Source of the DNA: Escherichia coli
Lineage (GTDB): Bacteria; Pseudomonadota; Gammaproteobacteria; Enterobacterales; Enterobacteriaceae
NCBI RefSeq assembly: GCF_050516355.1
Contig: NZ_CP191552.1
DNA length: 32,000 nucleotides
Strand: one strand, 5' to 3'
Position 1 is the stretch's first letter. Each line of letters starts with the position of its first letter. Shown here piece after piece: positions 10,640 to 20,259 of this stretch. Under the pieces are notes generated by a model. It did no database searches, was not told where the DNA came from, and was given only the letters and a program-made list of their open reading frames with translations. A program made the translations under genes and the position numbers.

Positions 10640-11565
10640 GTATTCGCATAATCCCGCAAGATGAGCTGGGTTCGAGCGAGAAACGTACGGCGGATATGAT
10701 TCCGCCGTTATTGTTCCCTCGGCTCAAGAATTTATACAACCGCCGCGCCGAGCGTCTGCGCGAGCTGGCAGAAAATAATCCGCTGGGTGATTACCTGCGC
10801 TTTGCTGCGCTTATCGCCCACGCCCAGGAAGTGGTGCTGTACGACCATCCGCTGGAGATGGATCTGACCACGCGCATTAAAGAAGCCAGCGCACAAGGCA
10901 AGCCCCCGCTGGATATTCACGTTCTGCCGCGTGATAAGCACTGGCAAAAGCTGCTGATGGCGCTGATTGCTGAGCTGAAACCTGAAATGAGCGGCCCGGC
11001 GCTGGCAGTGATTGAGAATCTGGAGAAGGCATCGACTCAGGAGCTGGAAGATATGGCCAGCGCACTGTTTGCCTCTGATTTCTCGTCCGTCAGCAGCGAT
11101 AAAGCGCCGTTTATCTGGGCTGCGCTGTCGCTCTACTGGGCGCAGATGGCTAATCTGATCCCCGGCAAAGCCCGCGCTGAATACGGCGAACAACGTCAAT
11201 ATTGCCCGGTATGTGGCTCTATGCCGGTGTCCAGCATGGTGCAAATTGGCACCACTCAGGGGCTGCGTTACCTGCACTGCAACCTGTGTGAAACCGAATG
11301 GCACGTAGTGCGCGTAAAATGCAGCAACTGTGAACAGAGCGGCAAACTGCATTACTGGTCGCTGGATGACGAACAGGCCGCGATTAAAGCCGAAAGCTGC
11401 GATGACTGCGGCACTTACCTGAAGATTCTTTATCAGGAAAAAGAACCGAAAGTTGAAGCCGTGGCAGATGACCTCGCCTCTCTGGTACTGGACGCGCGAA
11501 TGGAGCAAGAAGGCTATGCCCGTAGTTCCATCAACCCGTTCCTGTTCCCGGGTGAAGGGGAGTAA
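10636..11565 (+). CDS. fdhE: Formate dehydrogenase formation protein FdhE
   Basis: 309 aa, CxxC pairs CPVCG, CNLCE, CSNCE and CDDCG. Overlaps the fdoI stop by 4 nt. Confidence 0.97.
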   Translation: MSIRIIPQDELGSSEKRTADMIPPLLFPRLKNLYNRRAERLRELAENNPLGDYLRFAALIAHAQEVVLYDHPLEMDLTTRIKEASAQGKPPLDIHVLPRDKHWQKLLMALIAELKPEMSGPALAVIENLEKASTQELEDMASALFASDFSSVSSDKAPFIWAALSLYWAQMANLIPGKARAEYGEQRQYCPVCGSMPVSSMVQIGTTQGLRYLHCNLCETEWHVVRVKCSNCEQSGKLHYWSLDDEQAAIKAESCDDCGTYLKILYQEKEPKVEAVADDLASLVLDARMEQEGYARSSINPFLFPGEGE

Positions 11566-11601
11566 TCTCTGACGTTTTCCGGGTGGCGCAGGTCGCCCGG
11601 A

Positions 11602-11982
11602 TTACAGCTCATAGGGTGTGACGACACCTGCTATTCCCGCAAAATCTCTCGTATTTCGCGTTACCAGTTCAAAGCCATAAATCTGTGCTGTTGCCAGAAT
11701 AATGGCATCTGGAAGTTTCATTCTATACTCCTGCCTTAAAGCAACGCTTCGTTCCGCGATATCCTGCGAAATCCCAATAACGTTAAACGCACTCATTGCA
11801 ATCCGTGTGCGATGTTCTTGATCATATTTTTTTGCGCCAACCAGCACCTCCATCCATGTGACCAGACTAATCGCATTCTGTAGGGGCCATGCCTCCAGAG
11901 CCTGTTTTGCCTCAATTCGTCCGCTGAACAAATCGATAAGGATATTGGTATCAAAAAGCGCAGTTCTTTTTGCCATTACCAT
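11602..11982 (-). CDS. VapC-like PIN-domain toxin (type II TA)
   Basis: 126 aa: [14 protein letters not shown]...[13 protein letters not shown]...[26 protein letters not shown], carrying the PIN acidic residues. Its ATG overlaps the TAA of the upstream RHH gene. Confidence 0.88.
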   Translation of the reverse strand: MVMAKRTALFDTNILIDLFSGRIEAKQALEAWPLQNAISLVTWMEVLVGAKKYDQEHRTRIAMSAFNVIGISQDIAERSVALRQEYRMKLPDAIILATAQIYGFELVTRNTRDFAGIAGVVTPYEL

Positions 11983-12218
11983 TCCTCACGCAGCTTACGC
12001 TGATATTCGACACCATCTTCCTCACACCCTTGCCAGATACCAAAAGCACTGGATATTGTCGTTTTCGATTGATTTTCCAGATATTGATCTACAGCTTCTC
12101 GTAATAGCTCTGCGCGAGGAAGATTGCGCTGCACTTTGAGATCATCAAGTCGCTTAATCACCTCATCGGATAAATCGAGTAAAATTCTGCCCATATCCAT
12201 ACCTGCCATAGCGCTCAT
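11976..12218 (-). CDS. yiiF: Ribbon-helix-helix antitoxin YiiF (cognate antitoxin of the VapC-like toxin)
   Basis: [47 protein letters not shown]..., an RHH fold. Start set at the ATG at 12218 with upstream GGAGG; the longer ORF start at 12272 has no comparable RBS. Confidence 0.87.
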   Translation of the reverse strand: MSAMAGMDMGRILLDLSDEVIKRLDDLKVQRNLPRAELLREAVDQYLENQSKTTISSAFGIWQGCEEDGVEYQRKLREEW

Positions 12219-12283
12219 ATATACCTCCAGTATATCATTTTTGAATGCATGGTGAGCAAAATACTCTTGCAAAACCTTTAAAG

Positions 12284-12352
12284 AAAGCGCATTTACGCAT
12301 CATTTTTTATTTTTGCGAGGCGTTTTCCAGATATGATGTAACAGTTGCAGTT
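12284..12352 (-). repeat. Leader/operator repeat copy A (upstream of yiiF)
   Basis: 69-nt block aligned without gaps to 12722-12790 (54/69 identical by manual count), including TTTTGCGAG[G/A]CGTTTTCCAGA and GTTGCAGTT at identical spacing. Confidence 0.8.
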
Positions 12353-12437
12353 ATTATAAGTTCAAGTAAAACAACCTTGTATTAATACCAGAATAAGGGC
12401 ATCTGGTTTTTTATATTCAAGAATAAAAAATTTTTTG

Positions 12438-12656
12438 TCATTCCTTATGCTCCTTACACTGATCATCGACACCCACTGTCTCCCCCTTTTGCCTGCCTCC
12501 CTTTGCTTTACGCACCGGGAATTGCTGACGTTCCAGATATTGCTCTACCGCTTCGCGTAAAATTGCAGATCGTGAAACCTTACGCCAGCCCCTAAGCTTG
12601 TTCAGCCGTTTAATTGCCTCTTCTGATAAATGAAGAAAAACCGTATTCATCGCCAT
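12438..12656 (-). CDS. yiiE: Ribbon-helix-helix protein YiiE (orphan, CopG-like)
   Basis: 72 aa MAMNTVFLHLSEEAIKRLNKLRGWRKVSRSAILREAVEQYLERQ.... The track start at 12662 is a TTG; the ATG at 12656 is preferred. Confidence 0.85.
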   Translation of the reverse strand: MAMNTVFLHLSEEAIKRLNKLRGWRKVSRSAILREAVEQYLERQQFPVRKAKGGRQKGETVGVDDQCKEHKE

Positions 12657-12721
12657 TACCAATACCTTATATATGACTCATTAATGTATGTGCGAAAATT
12701 ACGCCGAAAAATCATTTAAAA

Positions 12722-12790
12722 AAAGCGGATTTTTGCATGCTGTTTTGTTTTTGCGAGACGTTTTCCAGAAATAATAAGAACGTTGCAGTT
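12722..12790 (-). repeat. Leader/operator repeat copy B (upstream of yiiE)
   Basis: See copy A at 12284-12352. Confidence 0.8.
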
Positions 12791-13158
12791 GTTTCATTTG
12801 TTAATCAAAAATGGTTTAGTTATCGCCCAGGATGAGATATGGGTGCTATAAATATATTATATTCAGGGATATTTATTTTTTGATTGGGTCTTCATTTGCA
12901 TAATCTGAATGGTGTACCCGAAAAATGTCAGCATCCTAACAGCACCAGGATTTAAGGTGAAATTAATCATCCATCACAGACCGGTCTTTACTTGCTCGTC
13001 GTTATAATTTTGTTGGTAACAGTTTGGGAAACAAGGAATTCCTTCCGGAACACCCCCGGTATCATCCGATAGCATTGACGTCAATCATCGGCGCGACGAT
13101 GAGTTTTTTTAATCGCATCATAGGGTGGCAACGGTCAGCACGATACGGGTCATAGCAA

Positions 13159-13200
13159 AACTCCTGCACAGGCGGCCACTATGCCGCTTTCACAGGAGTT
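13159..13200 (-). other. Large two-part inverted repeat (RNA hairpin candidate)
   Basis: AACTCCTG (13159-13166)/CAGGAGTT (13193-13200) outer stem plus an inner GGCGGC..GCCGC stem. On the minus strand the 3' arm contains the AGGAG of a downstream micro-ORF. Confidence 0.6.
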
Positions 13201-13329
13201 CTGAATGCTAGTGCTTTCTGTATGGCATCGCCATGCCCCTCGCGGCTAAGCGCCTGCACACATCTCTCTTTGAATGTCATTTTTGCAATGCATTGTCCGA
13301 ATTCTGATAATCCTAATGAGTTTTACCCG

Positions 13330-15144
13330 TCAGACTCCCATCCCTACGGTATACGAGCTAGATTCATGAATGAAATCGACATTTTTAAAAAACGAATCTT
13401 GTAAAACATCAGTGTTGATATTACCTTGCAACCCAACATTGAATTTGTTAGAGACATGAAGAACTCGAATATCAAAAAGGTCTTTTAATATCATTAATTC
13501 TTCGGCTGTTAATGAATCGCAGTTAAAATATCCCTGTTGATCAACAAGATTTTCTATTTCTCCATCATCAGCGAGGCGTTTTTCAAAGAGTGTTTGCAAC
13601 ATCGAGTTGCCAAGGACAATGGATATCGTGCGATCTTTCGCAGATTTACACCCCATCACAACGGCAACATTCGTATCCCCCTCAGGAGTTTCATTTATCG
13701 CCGTCGCTAAAATGGTGGTCAAACACGCAAACGGAACTGTATTTCTTTCGTGATTTAATTTATCTACCAGCTCATTCCATTTATCAAAAGCCGGGCGATA
13801 TTTGTTGCGCACAGAAGCATCCAACTGGGTAAACAATTGAGCCATGCGATTTTTTATCATCTCGATATCCGGCGAACCAGAAAGACTTTGTGCATAATAC
13901 GGTCCTGATGATGTTGCATACATTAAAGCCGAGCCCACACCTGTCGCCATGATGGGCGCAGCCACGGTTTTGGCAAGGGCGACGCTGCGATGGCTATGCG
14001 CTTCACAGGCTAAAGGAACATATTCCACTGACTGCGGTAATTCCTCACATGCCTCCCTCATCATTGCGGTATGCTTTACAAACAACGGTTTTTCACTGCC
14101 CAAAAAAACTTTCTGCTTAATTGCACTAAGAAAACGTAAATCAAAAATGATTGTTTTTGGTTTATTATTTTTTGGCACATTTCCTATTATCCCGCTAAGA
14201 ACCTTTCTTGCTGCATGGAGATTTTTTTGCACAGCACATAACACAATTGACGAAGCCTTCTCTACTGCATTATTGATTTTAATTTTAAAATCTGCATGAT
14301 ATACGTTGACGGGCAATGCAAGTATATCTTCCCCTACATCTTTGGCTGAGTATTTATTTGTGATCGACGGTCGTGAATCCACGAGAAAACTTAGCTGCAA
14401 ATTATGCTCTATATTACCAGCTGTTTTTGTAGTGTGATTAAACATAGAGATGCCACCTCTCATTCTTTCACACATATCCTCAACTTTTTCACTTCGTTCT
14501 TGAGGCAATTTGGCTTTAACGTTAATTTGATGATTTTTACCCGTGCATTCCTTAACTACAAGAGGAATGTTATCTAAAGTGCCATACAGGCTAATAACGT
14601 CACCAGGATTTTTATCATGTAAGTAAGTTTGATTAATACTCGAAGCATTCACAAAGAGGTCAATATTATAACTGTTTATAACTTCACCTACATCAAATGT
14701 GTAGTGCTTACTCTGGAGGCTGCCATCCTTGTTTAATTGTATATCAATCAATATATCCCCGGACTTTGTCACCATATCTTTGCCATAAACCATTTGCATA
14801 GCCATTTCGAGGAGATTTTTATCTAACTGATTGCGGGCGTTGAGTAAGCGACTACCAAATAATTTATATACTGTTCCCGTCATTGCCAGCGCTGCACTTT
14901 CTGGTACTTTGCGTTTCCACAGTGAGGTTTCTTTATTTTTAAACAGGTCATATTTATTATTACTCGACAACCCGAGTTTAAGTTCGTTAACACAATCGCA
15001 CAGTTGCTCCTCACTTTCCATTTTAAGGCGATGTGAAAAATCATTTAATAGCGTTTGCTTCGGTGATTCATTACTCATTAGTTGTTTTTCTAAATTAACA
15101 ATAGAATAACTTTCTTGTTTAATGAGATTAATATTGGCAACCAT
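13330..15144 (-). CDS. Putative phosphoinositide/inositol phosphatase effector with CKSAKDRT CX5R active-site motif, 604 aa
   Basis: ORF contains ...NVAVVMGCKSAKDRTISIVLGNSML..., a Cys-X5-Arg P-loop of the INPP4/SopB/IpgD 4-phosphatase type. The ATG at 15144 follows a strong SD (GGAAGGAGG). The gene is visibly AT-rich relative to its flanks. The track start at 15183 lies upstream of the SD. Confidence 0.75.
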   Translation of the reverse strand: MVANINLIKQESYSIVNLEKQLMSNESPKQTLLNDFSHRLKMESEEQLCDCVNELKLGLSSNNKYDLFKNKETSLWKRKVPESAALAMTGTVYKLFGSRLLNARNQLDKNLLEMAMQMVYGKDMVTKSGDILIDIQLNKDGSLQSKHYTFDVGEVINSYNIDLFVNASSINQTYLHDKNPGDVISLYGTLDNIPLVVKECTGKNHQINVKAKLPQERSEKVEDMCERMRGGISMFNHTTKTAGNIEHNLQLSFLVDSRPSITNKYSAKDVGEDILALPVNVYHADFKIKINNAVEKASSIVLCAVQKNLHAARKVLSGIIGNVPKNNKPKTIIFDLRFLSAIKQKVFLGSEKPLFVKHTAMMREACEELPQSVEYVPLACEAHSHRSVALAKTVAAPIMATGVGSALMYATSSGPYYAQSLSGSPDIEMIKNRMAQLFTQLDASVRNKYRPAFDKWNELVDKLNHERNTVPFACLTTILATAINETPEGDTNVAVVMGCKSAKDRTISIVLGNSMLQTLFEKRLADDGEIENLVDQQGYFNCDSLTAEELMILKDLFDIRVLHVSNKFNVGLQGNINTDVLQDSFFKNVDFIHESSSYTVGMGV

Positions 15145-15559
15145 TACAGCCTCCTTCCCACGGTTTAAGAGCAAACATGCCACATAATTATTTACAACAT
15201 CCAGAAGCAGTAAATGAATGATACTGACAATGACGCCAGTCCATTATCTTTGCATAATGTTTGTTAGCTATAGATTTTAAAAATATTTATGAGAAAAGTA
15301 TGGCACCAGAGGGGATTTTGACTATCAAAAATCGCTCAAACCTGAACTAAGATGATGAATTAAGCATTATCAGCGATAATTGCCACTCAGCTCTACAAAT
15401 AATATTTAAATGCTCCTGAACAGTGATGTAGCAAGACACGTATGGTGCCAACGAAGAATAAAAATTTATGGAGTTCTTATTCAATATAACCGAAATAGTC
15501 AGGGGCTGATGTAAATGACCTGAAAGAATGAGAGAGGCAGCACCGCCCCTCTCCATCAG

Positions 15560-16549
15560 CTACTCTTCTTCGTTCCCGCCCTCTTCATACGGGCCAAATG
15601 GCTTCGCGGGCAGAACGATATACGTGCCTTCAAACACTGCGCCCGGCGTCTCGTCGCCAAAGATTTCGACCTGCATTTGTACCCGCGCTTTGCGCCCGCG
15701 CGCCAGACGGTCGAGATCGCCGCTTAAGGCACCGAGGTCGGCTACCGCATGAGGTTTACCGCTAATCGGCTTGCTGTAGCGAATATGCGCATCCGCCAGA
15801 ATAATCGTACCGCCCAGATGGCGTTCACGCAGCATCAGCCAGATAAGCCCCCAACCGGTGAGCGTTGCCAGTGAGAATAAACTCCCGGCAAACAGCGTAT
15901 GGTGCGGATTCTGATTACCGGTTTCCGGCATGGTGGTGATAAATTTTTGCCCGGTATATTGCTGAATGCGCACGCCCATTTTTTCACTCAGCGGGATATG
16001 TTCGTACCACGCCTGTTGCAGCTGCGCGCACCAGTCGCCGCGATGCAAAATATCATCCAGAGTGGCAACGGGTTTAATCATCAAAAAATGGCGAATCGGC
16101 GTGGTGGTTGGGGTAGTGATCTCCCCTTGATTGACAAACCCCAGTTTGGCAAAAAACTCCACCGCGTCTTCACGGGCACTACAGGTCACGCGCTTAACGC
16201 CTTCCTGACGCGCCACCGACTCAAGGGTCATCGCCATCAGCGTTCCTAACCCTTTGTCCTGCACGTCGGGATGAACGGCCATAAAGCGAATGGACGCTTC
16301 ATTGTCGGCATTAATATACAGTCGGCCTACCGCCACCAGATTACCCTGCTCGTCGACGACCATCTGGTGATGCGCCATCGCATCCCACGCGTCGCGTTCC
16401 GAACCTTTCGGTTGATGCAGGGGCTTACGCAACATTTCCCAGCGAAACTGATAGTAACGCTCTAATTCTTCTTCTGTTTGTGGAACCCGAAGGTGATACA
16501 TAGCGATACTCTCTCTTGTTTCCCGTGACAACCCTGGAAGCTGGCTCAT
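15560..16549 (-). CDS. fabY: FabY (YiiD): N-acetyltransferase-like domain fused to thioesterase/hotdog domain; fatty-acid biosynthesis
   Basis: 329 aa. GNAT-like [19 protein letters not shown] followed by a hotdog-like C-terminal half ([20 protein letters not shown]). Matches E. coli YiiD from memory. Confidence 0.93.
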
Positions 16550-16983
16550 ACCTGCAACCAGAATGTCACGGGGCCATCATTGACCAGCGATACCTGCATA
16601 TCGGCAGCGAAGCGTCCTGTTTGCGTGTTCATCTCTTGCTGACGGCAGCGTTCGACGAAATAGTCATATAACGCCTCTGCGCGATCCGGTGATGCACCTT
16701 TGGAGAAACTTGGACGCATCCCCCGTTCGGTATCTGCGGCGAGGGTAAACTGGGAAACCACCAGCACACTGCCGCCCGCCTGTTGCACGTTGAGGTTCAT
16801 CTTGCCTTCGGCATCGCTAAAGATGCGATAGCCGAGCACACGCTCGCACAGACGGTTTGCTTTCTGTTCGTCGTCATCCTTTTCGACACCCAATAACACC
16901 AAAAGTCCCGCGCCAATTTCGCCCGTCACTTCTCCCTCCACGGTGACGCTGGCACGGGTTACGCGTTGAATTAATGCAATCAT
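16546..16983 (-). CDS. dtd: D-aminoacyl-tRNA deacylase
   Basis: 145 aa [24 protein letters not shown]..., with conserved [17 protein letters not shown]. Confidence 0.96.
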
Positions 16984-17852
16984 GGTTCGTCGTCTTCTTC
17001 TTGTTCAGCTGCTTGTTTTAGTTTGCGGTATTCCCCGAGAGTGACAGTAATTTCCGCACCAAGCAAGACGATACACCATGTCCAGTAGACCCAGACAAAG
17101 AGAATGGGGATCACCGCCAGCACACCGTAAATGAGCTGATATGAGGGGAACATGGTGATATAAAGCGCGAAACCTTTCTTTCCTGCTTCGAACAGGAGTG
17201 CGGCGACAAACGCGCCGACAATCGCGTCGCGATTAGGTACGCGGATAGTAGGAACAATGCTGTACAGCAACCAGAAGGAGATCCACGACAACAGCAGCGG
17301 AAAAATACGCAGCACGTTGTCGATGACAGTATTGAGATCGCTCGCCCAGCGCAGGGAGAGCAAATAGGAACTGATCGCCAGACTGGCCCCTGCCAGCAGC
17401 GGCCCCAGCGTTAAAATCATCCAGTACACGGCAAACGAGTAAATTTTTGGTCGCGCTCGTTTACTGCGCCAGATGGTATTCAACGCGCTATCGATGGAGT
17501 ACATCAACAATAACGCCGTGACGATCAGCCCGCACGCCCCAACGGCGGTCATCTTGTTGGAATTGGCAACAAATTGTTCGATATACCGCTGAATAACATC
17601 GCCAGTAGCAGGCAGAAAGTTGGCAAAAATAAAGTGACGCAACTGAATGCTGACGTCGGAAAACATGGGAAAAGCGGCGAAAAGCGCAAAAACAACGGCA
17701 ACCAGCGGCACTAATGAGAGCAATGACACATAGGCAAGGTTACCTGCCAGGGTTGTCATGTTGTCCTCATCAATGCGTTGCCAGAGTAGTTTTAGCCAGG
17801 CCCATAGTGGACGGGTACGGTGCCTGGCTTTGTCCTGAATGGTTTTTAGCAT
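16980..17852 (-). CDS. yihY: YihY/BrkB-family inner membrane protein (formerly called Rbn)
   Basis: 290 aa, multiple TM helices; [16 protein letters not shown] and [20 protein letters not shown] are typical of this family. Confidence 0.95.
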
Positions 17853-18445
17853 AACACCTTCGCGAAATAGTCCGGGATGGTGGTTTTATCTTTCACCAGA
17901 ATACTGGTAATGCCTAGCTGATTCGCTCCTTCTATATTATCGGCGTTATCGTCGAAAAAGACCGTATCGCTGGGTGAAAAACCTTCTGCCTGCAAAACAT
18001 GCTGATAAATTCGTGCTTCAGGTTTGCGCATCCCCAGATCTTGCGACAGATAGATATGGTCAGCAGCATCACGGATTTCCGGGTATTCCTCCGGCCAGAA
18101 GGTAGTATGCAGGCGGTTAGTATTGGAAAGCACCACCACGCGATGCCCCTGCTCACGCAGTTTATGCATGATGGCGATCACTTCCGGGCGCAGCGCGACA
18201 AACACCGCCTGCCAGCCGTGAGAGAACTGCTCGTAGCTTAGCGGTAGAGCCATCTCATGACACAGCGCCTCTGCGAACGCTTCGTCGCTAATTTCCCCAC
18301 GCTCATGCTGATGAAACGCCTCGCCCATGTGGAAACTCTTCTTAAGCGTAGCCAGTGGAACACGCGTTAAATCGCTCCAGGCTCCCAGCACACGGTTAAA
18401 GTCGATATCGACAATCACATTACCTAAATCAAAGATATAGAGCAT
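17846..18445 (-). CDS. yihX: HAD-family alpha-D-glucose-1-phosphate phosphatase YihX
   Basis: [20 protein letters not shown]... carries HAD motif DLGN and C-terminal [12 protein letters not shown]. Start at 18445 has upstream GGAGG (199 aa). Confidence 0.94.
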
Positions 18446-18543
18446 TTTTGCCTCCTTTCGCGCCACAAGAAATTAACTGTAGCGGGAAAGGATGGGTTTG
18501 GCTATGTGGCCAGGTATGAAGGCAGGTCAACGGTCACAAAATT

Positions 18544-19329
18544 CTACGTGTCTTCCTGGGGAAGGATGATTTCAATTTGGCTGTCTTGTAAGCGTGATTT
18601 TAGCGCAGCGGGCGGCAGCTCGTCGGTAAAGAGCGCAGTGACCTGTGCCACATTACCAATTTCAACCGCCGCCGAAGCATGATACTTAGTGTGATCGGCG
18701 ACCAGCAGAATATTTCTCGCGTGCGCCATCATCGTTTTCACCACGTTAGCTTCGTTAACATCAAACTCCATCAACGCGCCATCGCTCTCAATTGCGCCTA
18801 CACTTGTTACCAGATAATCGGCGCGAAAATCGGCCACAAAGGACGCCGCTGAAGGGCCAATGATCCCACTGTTATGGGAACGCAGCGTTCCGCCAGGCAC
18901 CATCACTTCAAAGCGCGGGTTGTGGTAAAGAATATGCGCCACACGCAGGCTGTTGGTGATTATCCGCAAATGATTATGGTTAAGTAACGCCCGGGCAACA
19001 TGCTCAACAGTCGTACCGATGGTGATAAATATTGTCGATCCATCAGGAATATAGTCTGCCACCGCTTCGGCAATCGCTTTTTTCTCTTCAGTTTGCGAAA
19101 CCTCACGCTGCTCAAACGCCGTATTAACGACGCTGGAGGCCCGACCCGCGCCACCGTGATGGCGCGTAATCAGTCCTTGCTCGCTTAATTTACGAATATC
19201 CCGGCGGACCGTCTGCGTGGAGACATCCAGCAGATTTGCCAGCTCATCAATATTCATATACCCACGCTCGGCGATCAGCATGAGGAGTTGGTCGTGCCGC
19301 GGGTTACCGGTTAGTTCGGTAAGGCTCAT
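18544..19329 (-). CDS. csqR: DeoR-family regulator of sulfoquinovose genes (CsqR/YihW)
   Basis: 261 aa from MSLTELTGNPRHDQLLMLIAERG..., DeoR HTH LLDVSTQTVRRDIRKLSEQG and sugar-sensing domain. Confidence 0.94.
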   Translation of the reverse strand: MSLTELTGNPRHDQLLMLIAERGYMNIDELANLLDVSTQTVRRDIRKLSEQGLITRHHGGAGRASSVVNTAFEQREVSQTEEKKAIAEAVADYIPDGSTIFITIGTTVEHVARALLNHNHLRIITNSLRVAHILYHNPRFEVMVPGGTLRSHNSGIIGPSAASFVADFRADYLVTSVGAIESDGALMEFDVNEANVVKTMMAHARNILLVADHTKYHASAAVEIGNVAQVTALFTDELPPAALKSRLQDSQIEIILPQEDT

Positions 19330-19362
19330 GAAAATTCCTCGAAAAACCATCACCCTGGCATT

Positions 19363-20259
19363 TTATACAAAAAGTGACAAAAAAGATCGGGTTTGATCAC
19401 AGTCGGGGATCCCGGCTCGTCCACCGGGACGCGTGCATTTTAACGCCGCCACACCGCTGGCGAAGCGGACTGACCCCGCTAAATCCCCACCTGTGGCCAG
19501 CGCCACCGCCAAAGCGCCGTGAAAAACATCACCCGCTCCTGTGGTATCTACCACATCAACTTTGAAGGCCGGTTGATGTTGACGCCCGCCATTTTCCAGC
19601 CAGTCGCAGCCTGCGCTGCCCTGGGTCACATAGACATGACCATTTGTGAGCGTTTGTGCCTGTTTTAGCGCACTGGCCATCTCTTTCACCCCCGTTAAGC
19701 GCGCCAGACCCGGTTCTGAAAAGGCCGCATGATCGCTTAATGCCACCAGCTCACTGATATCCTGCGGCGTAATGTCCCCGTCCAAAACAGTCATCACGCC
19801 CGCCTGCCGGGCCAGGGTGAAAGCTTTTTTAGCACCTTCGTGCCAGCGTACATCCGCCAGCACAACATCCCACTGAGAGAAATCAATTTCCTCCAACCAC
19901 TCTGCGTCAGGCAGCAAGTCCGGGCTGGGGTAGTTAATGATTATCCGCTCGCCTTTGGTATCCACCATGATGGCGGATTGCGAAGATTTCGCCTCGTTAT
20001 ACCGTTTGGTATAACGGGTGTTAACGCCCCAGGACTCCAGCTCTGCCAGCAGGCTGTTGCCTGTGTCGTCGTCACCGACGCGACCAATAAAATCGACCTG
20101 CGCACCTAGTCTGGCCGCCGCAACTGCTGCTGTAGCCGCTGGCCCGCCGCCAACTTCCGTATAATTTTTCGCCACGTATTTACCGCTCTCCGTCGGCAAT
20201 CCTTCCACGTAATAGATGCGATCCATCACGGTAATTCCTACACAAGCAACACGAATCAT
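19363..20259 (-). CDS. yihV: 6-deoxy-6-sulfofructose kinase (PfkB family)
   Basis: MIRVACVGITVMDRIYYVEG..., PfkB signature DTTGAGDVFHGALA. Confidence 0.95.
   Translation of the reverse strand: MIRVACVGITVMDRIYYVEGLPTESGKYVAKNYTEVGGGPAATAAVAAARLGAQVDFIGRVGDDDTGNSLLAELESWGVNTRYTKRYNEAKSSQSAIMVDTKGERIIINYPSPDLLPDAEWLEEIDFSQWDVVLADVRWHEGAKKAFTLARQAGVMTVLDGDITPQDISELVALSDHAAFSEPGLARLTGVKEMASALKQAQTLTNGHVYVTQGSAGCDWLENGGRQHQPAFKVDVVDTTGAGDVFHGALAVALATGGDLAGSVRFASGVAALKCTRPGGRAGIPDCDQTRSFLSLFV

Noticed and set aside
11579-11600. Strong bidirectional terminator between fdhE and the VapC-like gene
   Set aside because: CCGGGTGG..GTCGCCCGG-type pairing exists but needs G-T pairs and has no U tract; too weak to call as a feature.
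12438-13329. A type III secretion chaperone or second effector near the phosphatase gene
   Set aside because: Read in all frames; only yiiE and micro-ORFs are present, nothing resembling a small acidic chaperone.
13222-13404. 60-aa plus-strand ORF overlapping the 3' end of the phosphatase gene
   Set aside because: No recognisable domain and no SD; overlaps a far better supported gene on the other strand.
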